From IMG/VR virus record IMGVR_UViG_3300031548_000001, positions 31,021 to 95,020 of that record: DNA of 64,000 bases. The stretch is one strand, 5' to 3'. The position numbers and the translations under genes were made by a program. Below the pieces are notes generated by a model. The model did no database searches, was not told where the DNA came from, and saw only the letters and a list, made by a program, of their open reading frames with translations. Below, piece by piece: positions 19,901 through 27,858 of the stretch. The first letter of the stretch is position 1; each line of letters opens with the position of its first letter. The stretch comes from a virus.

Positions 19901-20356
19901 CGCCGCAGCTTCATTCGCTTTGGTGGTTGCAGTCGCAGCTTGTGCGGTCGCGGTAGTCGCTTGAGTCGTGGCAGTCGTGGCAGATCCAGCCGCAGCCGTC
20001 GCCGACGCCGAAGCAGCGCTTGCTTGAGTTGTGGCGGTGGTGGCGGATGTTGCAGCAGAGGTCGCGCTGGTTGCAGCCGCCGTTTCGCTCGTCGCCGCGG
20101 CAGTGGCTGACGTGGCAGCCGCAGTGGCCTGAGTGGTCGCCGTTGTGGCGCTGGTTGCAGCAGCCGTAGCTGAGGTCGCAGCATTACTCGCTGAAGTTGC
20201 AGCTGCCGTCGCCGAACCGGCCGCAGCCGTGGCACTGCCCGCAGCTGCCGTTGCTGATGTTGCGGCAGCGGTAGCGCTGGCAGCTACGGCGGCTGTCAAA
20301 TCAGTTTGGATTTGAGCGATAGCACTTGCCTTGAGGAGTTCTACGGTGGTGGACAT
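16946..20356 (-). CDS. Fibre / receptor-binding protein with A/S/T stalk and a duplicated ~410-aa module
   Basis: SATAAAxS repeats; two copies of SDG..NR, NWPAGPAP.GCWI...L.DAERT.W.TTG.PPAWV.FGGS. Confidence 0.8.
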   Translation of the reverse strand: MSTTVELLKASAIAQIQTDLTAAVAASATAAATSATAAAGSATAAAGSATAAATSASNAATSATAAATSATTATTQATAAATSATAAATSETAAATSATSAATSATTATTQASAASASATAAAGSATTATTQATTATAQAATATTKANEAAASAATALNAIAQAFKGGLAGASVPATSTATGDHYRITSAGTSQSKTWAIGDAAIYNGVSGSWTQLPGYYSGHQTLIDDRFNAWVRDTGYIYSDGTTANRAQIQGPFFSGTRGWLAGAAAATWRGRITVPSSAPSGTAYVAGLASASGSEPGILAHHIDIRFGGNALTIRADGASVATDLRLFNHSTFRTIYSGQTGTLEVYLVQGTTNPVVRWNGVDISAGFAASTNGTPPAWLDTALVSTYHTTGYNWPAGPAPLGCWILGALSDAERTYWDTTGTPPAWVSFGGSTVTGVPSARAFSLGSTDANVTTDTQGSSATVTSEAGARDGGAGSFFIRIAQSATTAGRNGSLTGMANPTINFIGGKVQVRFWIRSTTGIAGPGIVVAFNKPFGAGAASAGQTIVPTGSWVQYILTFELTAASGSWLTFSWAGAGGSIGDSIDLDDVELFSGGALSLPSVQSTYIDDVTSIGQNIATLTGMLPIAPTGRVTTTTLKAYAEPIFAQRLGSDQIISDGATSNRSIRQTPGARGNVAGAAVAALRLWVPPMATNPAATCWLAIISSDGGNGIAHRLEVYINTSGLLSIEAVGAVNGDRRSVSISGFRSGYLTNGGFLELKFATGTTNPSAYFNDVDISTLISGPTVTGTPPNWLDSSLNCTTYVIGLNWPAGPAPVGCWINASLTDAERTAWRTTGKPPAWVAFGGSQVLEINSDFSAGVDSWSASNGAVVGNVDSIGGVDNVLELNTGGGTSAAANRGFASSIQYGAYIRLRFDVYRPSANTTGVYIGIRNDNSALTGFAVQPVADTWTSYDLTIPWIGGGLQFRLSVAPNSGGTLGTGDKAYFKNVKANRVGAISLPGVQPIPVIDDWTTIGGNCARLVGMTPTTQKRDWRIVTSTATSGNQQLLGGSVFIETNRHRIDSWVINNLGTSKTVSLGNASAGTQYASGITAAAGLNDVTLATRFNATVDLWANSNGTDQLVHTITGHRVGNA

Positions 20357-20359
20357 GGC

Positions 20360-21157
20360 TTAATTTGGGAAAGTGATGATCGAGGAAGGGTAGGGGCCGG
20401 AACCGTCTTCCACGGTGATGTTGTCGCCGGCGGCAAGGGTCGCGCTGGTGTCGTTTTGGCCAACCAGCACCATGATGTTTCCAGTCGCGGCGACGGCGGT
20501 GGCAGCAGCGGTTTCAGCAGCGGTCTTTGATGCAAGAGATGAAGCGGCACTGCTTGCCGAATCGGTTGCACTGGCATCCGAGGCGGTTGCCGATGTTGCG
20601 GCAGCTGATGCAGACGCCGCAGCAGCACTGGCAGACCCCGCCGCCGCAGTTGCCGACGTGGCCGCGGCAGCGGCTGACGTAGCCGCAGCCGTGGCGCTCG
20701 TTGCTGCAGCCGTAGCAGCCGATTCAGCCGCTGTCTTCGCTGTAATGATAGCCGCCAGCGCACTATCAGGTGAAATAGGCTCGGTGGTGTGAATCGGCAC
20801 CGACGCACCCGATTCACGAGTGATGTCCCGCTTCAGGATCATCTTTCCAAAAGCAAGCGTCTTACGTGCGCCCGTAGCCGAATTCACTGCCTGGATGTCG
20901 CAGACTATCGTTCCGGCCCGGGCCGACAACGTATCGTCGGGCACAACCGCGATGTTCGCGTAATACTTTCCGCCAGACTCCTCGGTCGTGATGCCTGCAC
21001 CGGTGGTCTTCTGGAAGATCGAATCCACATCGGCATCCTCAGCGTCAGCCTTCGCGGTGAACGTCAGGACGTGTCCGGAGGGGTTGAAAGCTACGCCTGC
21101 GATTGCTAGTGCAACCCTGTGCGTGGCGCTATCACCGATGAATTGTTCGAGATGCAT
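20360..21157 (-). CDS. BppU-like adaptor protein with Ala/Ser/Thr repeats
   Basis: GDS...FTAK...QKT..GIT...DT...DIQ...TL..G N-terminal pattern followed by AAxSA repeats. Confidence 0.65.
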   Translation of the reverse strand: MHLEQFIGDSATHRVALAIAGVAFNPSGHVLTFTAKADAEDADVDSIFQKTTGAGITTEESGGKYYANIAVVPDDTLSARAGTIVCDIQAVNSATGARKTLAFGKMILKRDITRESGASVPIHTTEPISPDSALAAIITAKTAAESAATAAATSATAAATSAAAAATSATAAAGSASAAAASASAAATSATASDASATDSASSAASSLASKTAAETAAATAVAATGNIMVLVGQNDTSATLAAGDNITVEDGSGPYPSSIITFPN

Positions 21158-21171
21158 GCTGGCTCGTCCGT

Positions 21172-21200
21172 CATGTCGGAACGGCCAGCGGTGCTGTCAA
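21172..21200 (-). promoter_or_regulatory. Late-type promoter TTGACA-N17-GACATG
   Basis: After a terminator, before the fibre module. Confidence 0.55.
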
Positions 21201-21211
21201 TTTTCAGGCAC

Positions 21212-21243
21212 AAAAAAGGCGTCACCCCGTGTGAGGCGACGCC
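21212..21243 (-). terminator. Intrinsic terminator
   Basis: GGCGTC/GACGCC stem + U6. Confidence 0.75.
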
Positions 21244-21258
21244 GTGGGCGAGGTGAAA

Positions 21259-21714
21259 TCAGAACTCCAAGCCACTATAAAACGGGTTGCCTGTGAGGAT
21301 AGAGAAAGCGGTGAGTTTGAGCCAAACGTCGTGGCGATGGTTCCAGTTATCAATCATCATCCACCTCATAACTTCATCACTTGTAGCATCATGTGAAATA
21401 TTAATGATTGTTGTTTTCTCGTCGAGCTTGGCCTTGAGTATATCCATTGTATCCAGAGCGCAAGCACAGCGCATCCAGATGAGATAACGGTGATGCTCGC
21501 ACGGGGCCGACGCGTTTTCGTTAAGCATCGCGTCTATGATGTCGGAACACTCGTTTCGGCACCGATTCTCCAGCAATTTTAGGCCGACGTATAGGTCGTG
21601 GGCGTTGCGTCCACGCCATTCAGCCGCCGGCACGAGGCCCAGCTCTTGCATGCGGTCTTGAATGCCGACGATGAGGCTGAAGGCAACTTTTAGCTTTTCT
21701 TCCATGGTGCTCAC
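21259..21714 (-). CDS. Hypothetical protein
   Basis: ORF with ATGA/GTGA-type coupling, lower GC. Confidence 0.5.
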   Translation of the reverse strand: MSTMEEKLKVAFSLIVGIQDRMQELGLVPAAEWRGRNAHDLYVGLKLLENRCRNECSDIIDAMLNENASAPCEHHRYLIWMRCACALDTMDILKAKLDEKTTIINISHDATSDEVMRWMMIDNWNHRHDVWLKLTAFSILTGNPFYSGLEF

Positions 21715-22028
21715 GTCACCGGCGATTCGTCCGTCGGCATCGGCACAAAGAGGCCCTCGAATACATGCGTCAGGGGACGGCCCTTGGTGTTGTCATCGAC
21801 GATGCGATTCAGATGTCCGCCGGTCAGTGGGATCGCGTATTTCACGGTGCCACCGCCTTGTAGTGGGATCTCACATTCAGCCATCACGAAGGGCTGGTGC
21901 GCCTCAGTCGGCCCATCGGTTAATTTCAATGTCGCAGAGACAGCGACAGGAAAGCCGTTGTGAATGAAGGATACCGCGATGGCTTTAGAAGCAAGGGCTC
22001 GAATCTTTTCGTGTGGCATATCAGCCAC
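21711..22028 (-). CDS. Hypothetical protein
   Basis: ORF in the small-gene operon. Confidence 0.45.
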   Translation of the reverse strand: MADMPHEKIRALASKAIAVSFIHNGFPVAVSATLKLTDGPTEAHQPFVMAECEIPLQGGGTVKYAIPLTGGHLNRIVDDNTKGRPLTHVFEGLFVPMPTDESPVT

Positions 22029-22067
22029 TTAGCCAACGGCACCGCGCTCTTTCAAGCGAATTGCCCG

Positions 22068-22502
22068 TCAGTTGAAAGCCGCATCGTCGCCCGGCGTGTT
22101 GGGCATCGTCCGAGGCATGACCGACAGGTCCACTTTGGCGCCAAAATCCATGTAGAGGTTCCAAGCACGCCGCCCGTGCGGCTTGATGCATGCTCCGTCC
22201 GCATCATGAGGTTCTCTGCCAGGGCGGGCATTCTCCGCATCGACGATCTGCTTCACGAAATCAGGGTTATCCGGGAACTGGCGGCGTGTGATGCCCTCGT
22301 AGTCGCAGGCCCCGATGTGTTTCATGAGCGCGTCCTTCAACTCGATAGGGCCCACCGCTTCGTCAGTCCATGGGATCGCCACAAGGTCGAGGTCAGACGT
22401 AACCGTGCCGTGCATGGCGAGCGCGTAACCGTGTTTGCGGGCGACGACGCAAAGTCCGTGGTAGAGGCAGGCGTAGAAGGGAGCGCGTGTCGGGTCTTTC
22501 AC
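22068..22502 (-). CDS. Putative minimal nucleotidyltransferase-like phage protein
   Basis: GYALAMHGTVTSDLDLVAIPW (G-T..DxD) and KPHGR.AW motifs. Confidence 0.5.
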   Translation of the reverse strand: MKDPTRAPFYACLYHGLCVVARKHGYALAMHGTVTSDLDLVAIPWTDEAVGPIELKDALMKHIGACDYEGITRRQFPDNPDFVKQIVDAENARPGREPHDADGACIKPHGRRAWNLYMDFGAKVDLSVMPRTMPNTPGDDAAFN

Positions 22503-22591
22503 TCAACGTCCTCCGGTGGGTGCATCGGGCCGGTGTCTTTCCAAACGATCACAAGCACTGCAATTATGGCGATGATAGCGACAGTCTTCAT
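22499..22591 (-). CDS. 30-aa single-TM peptide
   Basis: MKTVAIIAIIAVLVIVWK...; preceded by leader AGATACCCGAAACGAA. Confidence 0.55.
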   Translation of the reverse strand: MKTVAIIAIIAVLVIVWKDTGPMHPPEDVE

Positions 22592-22658
22592 TTCGTTTCG
22601 GGTATCTGCCCCCACGAATGACGCAGCGTCGATGTCGTCAAACTCTACGCATGAAAAA

Positions 22659-22868
22659 GGTGAGAGCGGGAGGATTTGAACCTCCGAAGGCTGTAGTCCG
22701 ATTCCCATTCTGGAATCATTCTCCTTTGCGTGAGCGGCGGGACGCTTTTACCACGCAAATTAGCGGAGAATTTTGGCCAGCCCTATGACCCGCATCCTGC
22801 TATTATCTGGTCACTGCATTCGACCTATACGTTTCGTTGCCTACCGCGTATGCCTGTGCCACGCTCTC
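22659..22868 (-). ncRNA. Giant tRNA-like RNA (~210 nt)
   Basis: Acceptor stem GAGAGCG/CGCUCUC + A-C-C; T arm GGAGG-UUCAAAU-CCUCC; D stem GCA/UGC; anticodon stem GUGACC/GGUCAU; variable stem GGGCUG/CAGCCU enclosing nested helices; TTGACC -35 upstream; U-run downstream. Confidence 0.75.
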
Positions 22869-22914
22869 AGGAATTGGGTGGAGCAAATTGACGGATTGGT
22901 CAATTACACACCAA

Positions 22915-23040
22915 GAAAAAGGCCTCCGCAGAACGTAGGCCCAGCTCATCCCGCCATGGGTGGGTGAAAAACAAAAACCCGAGATTCATCATCAGCAGTG
23001 CATGAGCACCACCAACGCTAGGAATGGCCCCGGGACAGTG
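22915..23040 (-). ncRNA. Candidate hairpin sRNA
   Basis: TTGACC at 23073-23068; long GU-rich hairpin 23034-22978; terminator 22941-22915; no ORF. Confidence 0.45.
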
Positions 23041-23085
23041 CTTCAAACATGGTTATGCATGATACTAGGTCAACCATTACATGCG

Positions 23086-24009
23086 TCACTCTTCGCCGAC
23101 GAACTTCTCCGGCACGATACAGCCTGTATGTGATGGGTGGAAACGCAGCTTATCCACGTCATAGACCGGCACATTCTTGATGTTGCACGTCGATTCCCCG
23201 CGATACTGCGGTGACCGGGCCTCGCGTGCCTGGCAGCCAATGACGCTTACCGTCAGCACCGTCGACGACTCGACGAGCGCCTGCTTCGTGCCTTCGTCCA
23301 CCGCGTTTCCGATCTCCGTGCGTGCGATCGTCGGGATGCGTGCGGCTTCAATCTCCGGGATCTTCTCACGAATCGTGCGCACCGCCTCGGCGACGGTCTG
23401 CTTTTCCTCCAGCGCCTGCTCGAGCACGTTGGCAAGCTGGGTGCGCGTCGTGTCGTTGATGCTGGTGACCTCGCGGGCAAGGTTCTGGGACCGGCGAAGG
23501 ATCGAAACGGACCGATCCGGGGCCAACTCCTCACCGATGAAAAGTGATGTGCGCTCATAGGCACGGGCTGCGATGCTTTGGACGATTGGCGTGTAAGCCG
23601 CGATGAGTTCGGCATCGGCCGCTGCACCAAACGCTTCAATGAGCGCCGTGCGCCACACCTGTTCGGTCGCGTTGAGCGTCACCGTTTCCTCGAAATCTTT
23701 CGTCTGCCATGCCGATGCCGACCGCGTGAGCGAGACCGACACACGCACCTGTGCCATGACTGAGTCGCAAAACTTGTTTATGCGGGCGTCGAAGAACTCC
23801 GAAAGGAACGCGGCCAGACGACGCTGGCCATCGACCATCAGCAGGCGGCGCGTGCGCACCATGTCGCGGTGGATCTTGGCGATTTGGGCCGTTGCCGCCT
23901 TGCCGCCGGCGCCGGTCGCGACATGCGACGTCCGGTAGCAGGCGAGCATCTTCGTCGCAGACTTTGGCCGGTAGCAGCCGCAATCAGGCTCATCGAATAC
24001 GAGAGCCAT
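23086..24009 (-). CDS. Minor head / MuF-like head morphogenesis protein
   Basis: INDTTR..L, IARTE...A...G and HP...GC motifs; after the portal gene. Confidence 0.8.
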   Translation of the reverse strand: MALVFDEPDCGCYRPKSATKMLACYRTSHVATGAGGKAATAQIAKIHRDMVRTRRLLMVDGQRRLAAFLSEFFDARINKFCDSVMAQVRVSVSLTRSASAWQTKDFEETVTLNATEQVWRTALIEAFGAAADAELIAAYTPIVQSIAARAYERTSLFIGEELAPDRSVSILRRSQNLAREVTSINDTTRTQLANVLEQALEEKQTVAEAVRTIREKIPEIEAARIPTIARTEIGNAVDEGTKQALVESSTVLTVSVIGCQAREARSPQYRGESTCNIKNVPVYDVDKLRFHPSHTGCIVPEKFVGEE

Positions 24010-24014
24010 GGCGA

Positions 24015-25415
24015 TCAGGCCGCCTCCGGCTCTTCCTTCGGCTTGCGCTCAGGCACGGAGTCATCCGTCGGCACTTCAGCCAGGCCGGCCATCTCCAGCG
24101 GGATGTAATCCTTCTTGATCATGTATTGATCGAGCATCGGGTTGTTCTCGCGGGCGAGGCCACCGAGTTCGCGCAGCTGATTGCCGGTCAGGCCGCCGCG
24201 GTCGAACAGCGGACCGTAGTCCTTCATGACCTGCTCGACATCGATCAGGCCGGTGAGGGGGAAGTCCAGCTTCAGGTTCTCGTGGAACGCAGGGATCAGG
24301 CCATGCGGCGAATTGAGCTTGTCGGTTATGAGATTCACCATCGGCAGGCACTTATGCTTGCGGTGATTCATTTCCTCGACACGGGCCGTTGCAAAGTTCG
24401 CGGATCCGAAGCCGGCGACGGATAGCGGCACGCCGTGGTTCAGGAAAATGTGCTCGATGTTCACCTTCTCCTTTTCCATCTCCTGCATTTCGGCCGCAGT
24501 GATACCCATCTGGAGCAGCGACCACTTACCGTTCATCCATGCGATCTTGCCGGCGTTTTTCACGCCGCCGTAGTTCTGCTGGAACGCAGCCTTTGTCTTC
24601 TGCCAATCCTCATCGGAGCCATCCCACTCCTCGCGAACAAGGATACCCGACGGAACAGCGCCGTTTGCCATGAAGCGCGTCTTGTAGAGCGACCGGTTGA
24701 TGAAGTCCTCGTAGAGGGACTCGCCTTGCTCGATGGAGCCTAGGCCCCAGAGCGGGTTATTGGCGTGCGGGCGCTTGAAGTGGATGATCTCGTCTGGCGT
24801 GAAATTGATTTCGGTTCCGTTCACCGAGTAGGTGTATTTCGCCACCTTGGCATTGCGATCTGGCGTGATCTGCATGCACCGCGGATTCAACCAGTAGATA
24901 TTGTTCGGCTGACCCAAGCCGTTCATCTCGTCCTTAAACCAGAATCCGCTGCCAGTGAACTCCAAGTGGGCCACGAGCAGATACAGCATCTCCGAAATGG
25001 TATCGTGGGGGTTAGGATTGGCCAGCAGGCGCACGAGCTCGGGATCTGCCTTGATCGCCTTCTTCTTCTTTTTGGCCTCGGCGTCACGGTGGGCCAGCTT
25101 CATGTCGGTCGAGATGACGACATTGGCCGTGATGTCCACGGCGCGAGCCGCTGCCCAGACGCGCTTGGTTCCAGCATCCAAGAAAGAGGAGTATCCAGAA
25201 AACTGATGCGTGCGGATGCCAGGCACGACGTCGGCGAAGCCGCCACCGCTGAACAGGTCTATACCGTCTTCATCAGCATTGATGCCGGAGAGGCGCTTCT
25301 GGTCGTTGCTACGCAGGGCCAGAGTGAGGTCGCTTCGGCTCTTGATGACCGCGGCGGCCTTGGCTGTGGGTGTTCCGTAGATGCGTGGCGTCATGTGGTC
25401 CGATAGTTTTACCAA
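24015..25415 (-). CDS. Portal protein (HK97 family)
   Basis: LLANPNP, EIIHFK, WGLG, F.NGA.PSGIL, G..NAGK, I....GVP motifs. Confidence 0.92.
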   Translation of the reverse strand: MVKLSDHMTPRIYGTPTAKAAAVIKSRSDLTLALRSNDQKRLSGINADEDGIDLFSGGGFADVVPGIRTHQFSGYSSFLDAGTKRVWAAARAVDITANVVISTDMKLAHRDAEAKKKKKAIKADPELVRLLANPNPHDTISEMLYLLVAHLEFTGSGFWFKDEMNGLGQPNNIYWLNPRCMQITPDRNAKVAKYTYSVNGTEINFTPDEIIHFKRPHANNPLWGLGSIEQGESLYEDFINRSLYKTRFMANGAVPSGILVREEWDGSDEDWQKTKAAFQQNYGGVKNAGKIAWMNGKWSLLQMGITAAEMQEMEKEKVNIEHIFLNHGVPLSVAGFGSANFATARVEEMNHRKHKCLPMVNLITDKLNSPHGLIPAFHENLKLDFPLTGLIDVEQVMKDYGPLFDRGGLTGNQLRELGGLARENNPMLDQYMIKKDYIPLEMAGLAEVPTDDSVPERKPKEEPEAA

Positions 25416-25467
25416 TGGAGACGAAGGGCTACTCGTCCAGAAATGGGTGTGAAAAAGTTGCGCATGG

Positions 25468-26922
25468 TCATGCGAGGAGCAGGCGATGCTGGCCTGCGAG
25501 CATTTCCCAGAGCACAGTCACAGCGTCGATTTGGTCGTCATGTGCGCCGTCCGGGAACTGCTCAAGCTCATCAAGGAAGTCTTGATTCCACTCACCTTCG
25601 ACCATGAAGAATTTACCGCCGTCGATCTTGGCTATCCACGGCAGCGCACGGACGAGCTTGTCCGATGTCGGCGTGTAGCTGGTGACAATGACGCGGCCCT
25701 TGTAGTGCGTTCGGATGTCCGTTGCTGCCACTTCCCAGGCACCGACGGCCTCGATACCTACTCGTTTACCGATCGCCTCGCGCTCGATGTATTTGAAGAG
25801 CGTCGCCTTTTGCTCAGGCCACAAGCGCCTCGCTCGGTCCATGTGCACGAGGTAAAAGTTTCCATCCTTGTCCATGCACCCGTAGGCACCGGCTGAGTAG
25901 TCGCTCAGGTTCGTCTTGGATACAGCCAAGTCCCAGCCGCGCACCATCTCGCGTCCGGTCGGCACCTTTGAGCGAGGTATTGTGACGATCTTCTTGATGT
26001 CGGTGATCGCGCCGCCCGGCGGGTTGGGCCTCTGCTGGTAGAGCGCGTTCCACTCGTAGCTTCCGATCTGTATTTTTTGAGCACCGAGCCACTTTTCATC
26101 GCGAACCTCGGGCCAGAGGGCTTGGCCTATCTTGCGCCCCATCTCGTCCGTGTCTGGGTTCTCGCACAACGCTTCGAGGCTGAGCACCTCGAAGTTCACG
26201 TCATCGAAACCGGCCTCCTTTAACGCGGCGACACGCTTGGGATCTTGGAGACGGCCAGCCAAGTCATCTTTGTGCCAGCGCGTCTGGATCACGATGACGA
26301 TGCCGTCGGGAGCCAAACGGGTCATGGCGGTGGACGTGAACCACTCCCACACCTTATCGCGTTGCGTCTGTGAATTCGCCTCGGCGCGATCCTTATGCGG
26401 GTCGTCGATCAGCAGGATGTCGGCAGGCATACCTGTGCCGCCACCCACCGACGTTGCGAAGTAGTGCCCACCCAAGCGTGTCTGCCAGTAGTCCTCGCGG
26501 TTGACGCGTGGATTGATGAGCTCAGGGAAGAACTGCTTGTAGCGTTCGCTCTGGACGAGGACGCGAGCCTCACGCGAAAAGCCAGTCGAGAGCGTGGCCG
26601 TGTGCCCGGCCTGCATGATACGCAGTGTCGGGAACACCGTGAGCGCCCACGCCGCGAAAATGATCGATGCCAGGCGCGACTTACCGTGCTGCGGTGGCAC
26701 GTTGATGATGAGCCGGCGAATGCCTCGACTGAGGCACTTCATTAGCTTGCGGGCGAGCAGACGGTGAAACTTCGCCGCTACCCATCCGGGATAAAACGCC
26801 TCGCCAAAGGTAGCCAGCGACTTCAAGCACGCCGCACGCGTGACCTTGGCCAGCCCCTTCAGTGGCAGCGGTTCAAGTTGGGTCCGGCGTGCTGGTAGCT
26901 TCGGCTGGACGGTCTTTGTCAT
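25468..26922 (-). CDS. Terminase large subunit
   Basis: Walker A PPQHGKS, IDDP, TRWH.DD, WDLA, FP.G.HDDQ.DA. Confidence 0.95.
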   Translation of the reverse strand: MTKTVQPKLPARRTQLEPLPLKGLAKVTRAACLKSLATFGEAFYPGWVAAKFHRLLARKLMKCLSRGIRRLIINVPPQHGKSRLASIIFAAWALTVFPTLRIMQAGHTATLSTGFSREARVLVQSERYKQFFPELINPRVNREDYWQTRLGGHYFATSVGGGTGMPADILLIDDPHKDRAEANSQTQRDKVWEWFTSTAMTRLAPDGIVIVIQTRWHKDDLAGRLQDPKRVAALKEAGFDDVNFEVLSLEALCENPDTDEMGRKIGQALWPEVRDEKWLGAQKIQIGSYEWNALYQQRPNPPGGAITDIKKIVTIPRSKVPTGREMVRGWDLAVSKTNLSDYSAGAYGCMDKDGNFYLVHMDRARRLWPEQKATLFKYIEREAIGKRVGIEAVGAWEVAATDIRTHYKGRVIVTSYTPTSDKLVRALPWIAKIDGGKFFMVEGEWNQDFLDELEQFPDGAHDDQIDAVTVLWEMLAGQHRLLLA

Positions 26923-27577
26923 TCTGCTTTTCGGCCTGTTCGTCTTCGATCATTCGCTCGTAGTGGCGTCGCAGGATCGCGTCTTGGTCTTCGTCGTTGA
27001 GCGCGATGTTTGCCGTGACGAGCGGTCCACCGTCGGCGCCGGTCAGCTCGGTCTTGGTCGGAGCAGCCAAGCCCAGCAGCTTCACACGCCGGTCATGCAC
27101 ATCGAGAATCTTGGCGATGAACGCCGGATCACCCGCGCTGGTTGTCTGCACCGCGGACTTGGTCTCGGTGCCGCCACCGTCCGAAGCAGCCGCGCCTTCG
27201 CCTTTCTTCGCCGCAGCCGCTTTCTTCGTGAGTGTCGTGCGCGAGGTGGCCTGCTTCGATTTGTCCCAAGCGTCCCAAGCCTCCGACTCCACCACATCGA
27301 GCTTACGCAGCTCCTTCTCTTTCTCTGCACCGACCATGGCCAATGACTCTTGGCGCCATGCCTCCTTCAGCTTCTTCAGGTCAGCACCGACCTGGGCGTG
27401 GCTGATCGTGTAGGGACGCTCTTTGGCCAGCAGTTCCGCGATCTGACGCAGCGTCTTACCCCGCAGGGCATGACGCTCAATGAAAAGCATGTCGGCCGCC
27501 TTCTGGGTGGACGTGCGCTTGTTCGCCGTGGGCGGCTTCGGTGCCGTCGGCGTGGGTGACTGTGGCGTCTCGCTCAT
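26873..27577 (-). CDS. Terminase small subunit
   Basis: HTH (GKTLRQIAE), RVKLLGL and ELTGADGGPL; overlaps TerL. Confidence 0.8.
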   Translation of the reverse strand: MSETPQSPTPTAPKPPTANKRTSTQKAADMLFIERHALRGKTLRQIAELLAKERPYTISHAQVGADLKKLKEAWRQESLAMVGAEKEKELRKLDVVESEAWDAWDKSKQATSRTTLTKKAAAAKKGEGAAASDGGGTETKSAVQTTSAGDPAFIAKILDVHDRRVKLLGLAAPTKTELTGADGGPLVTANIALNDEDQDAILRRHYERMIEDEQAEKQNDKDRPAEATSTPDPT

Positions 27578-27858
27578 CAGGCCTGAGCGACAGGGGCAAC
27601 CTTCGGCACGAAACCAAGCTCGATGGCCTCTTCAGGCGAAAGCTTAGCGGCTACCGATTTACGCAACTCAGCTTGCTTGATGATAAGCTCAAGTTTGTCG
27701 GACAGATCTCCAGTAAAATAGATGTTCTCAATGACCATATGAGCGCACGGCCTGCGTTCTTTGGTCGGATCGGTTGCCTGCACTTCAGCATCAAACTGTT
27801 TACAGAGTTCAAACAGACGCGCTGACGCTTCGAGAATACTGGCCTTCGTTTCTTTCAT
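27577..27858 (-). CDS. Hypothetical protein
   Basis: CCCGAA leader; coupled to TerS. Confidence 0.6.
   Translation of the reverse strand: MKETKASILEASARLFELCKQFDAEVQATDPTKERRPCAHMVIENIYFTGDLSDKLELIIKQAELRKSVAAKLSPEEAIELGFVPKVAPVAQA

Noticed and set aside
16946-20356. Diversity-generating retroelement acting on the fibre repeat
   Set aside because: No reverse transcriptase; the repeats are long, in frame and not adenine-specific in their differences
1593-20359. Stop-codon readthrough or alternative genetic code from in-frame TAA-NCC-ATG junctions
   Set aside because: Other junctions use CC-ATG out of frame and core genes are intact in code 11; better explained as start-context preference
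19880-20760. GCN-rich tandem repeats as a separate DNA element
   Set aside because: They encode the Ala/Ser/Thr stalks of the fibre and adaptor proteins
22659-22868. Canonical tRNA or tmRNA
   Set aside because: No 7-nt anticodon loop, 210 nt long, no G3:U70 pair and no tag ORF; kept as a tRNA-like ncRNA
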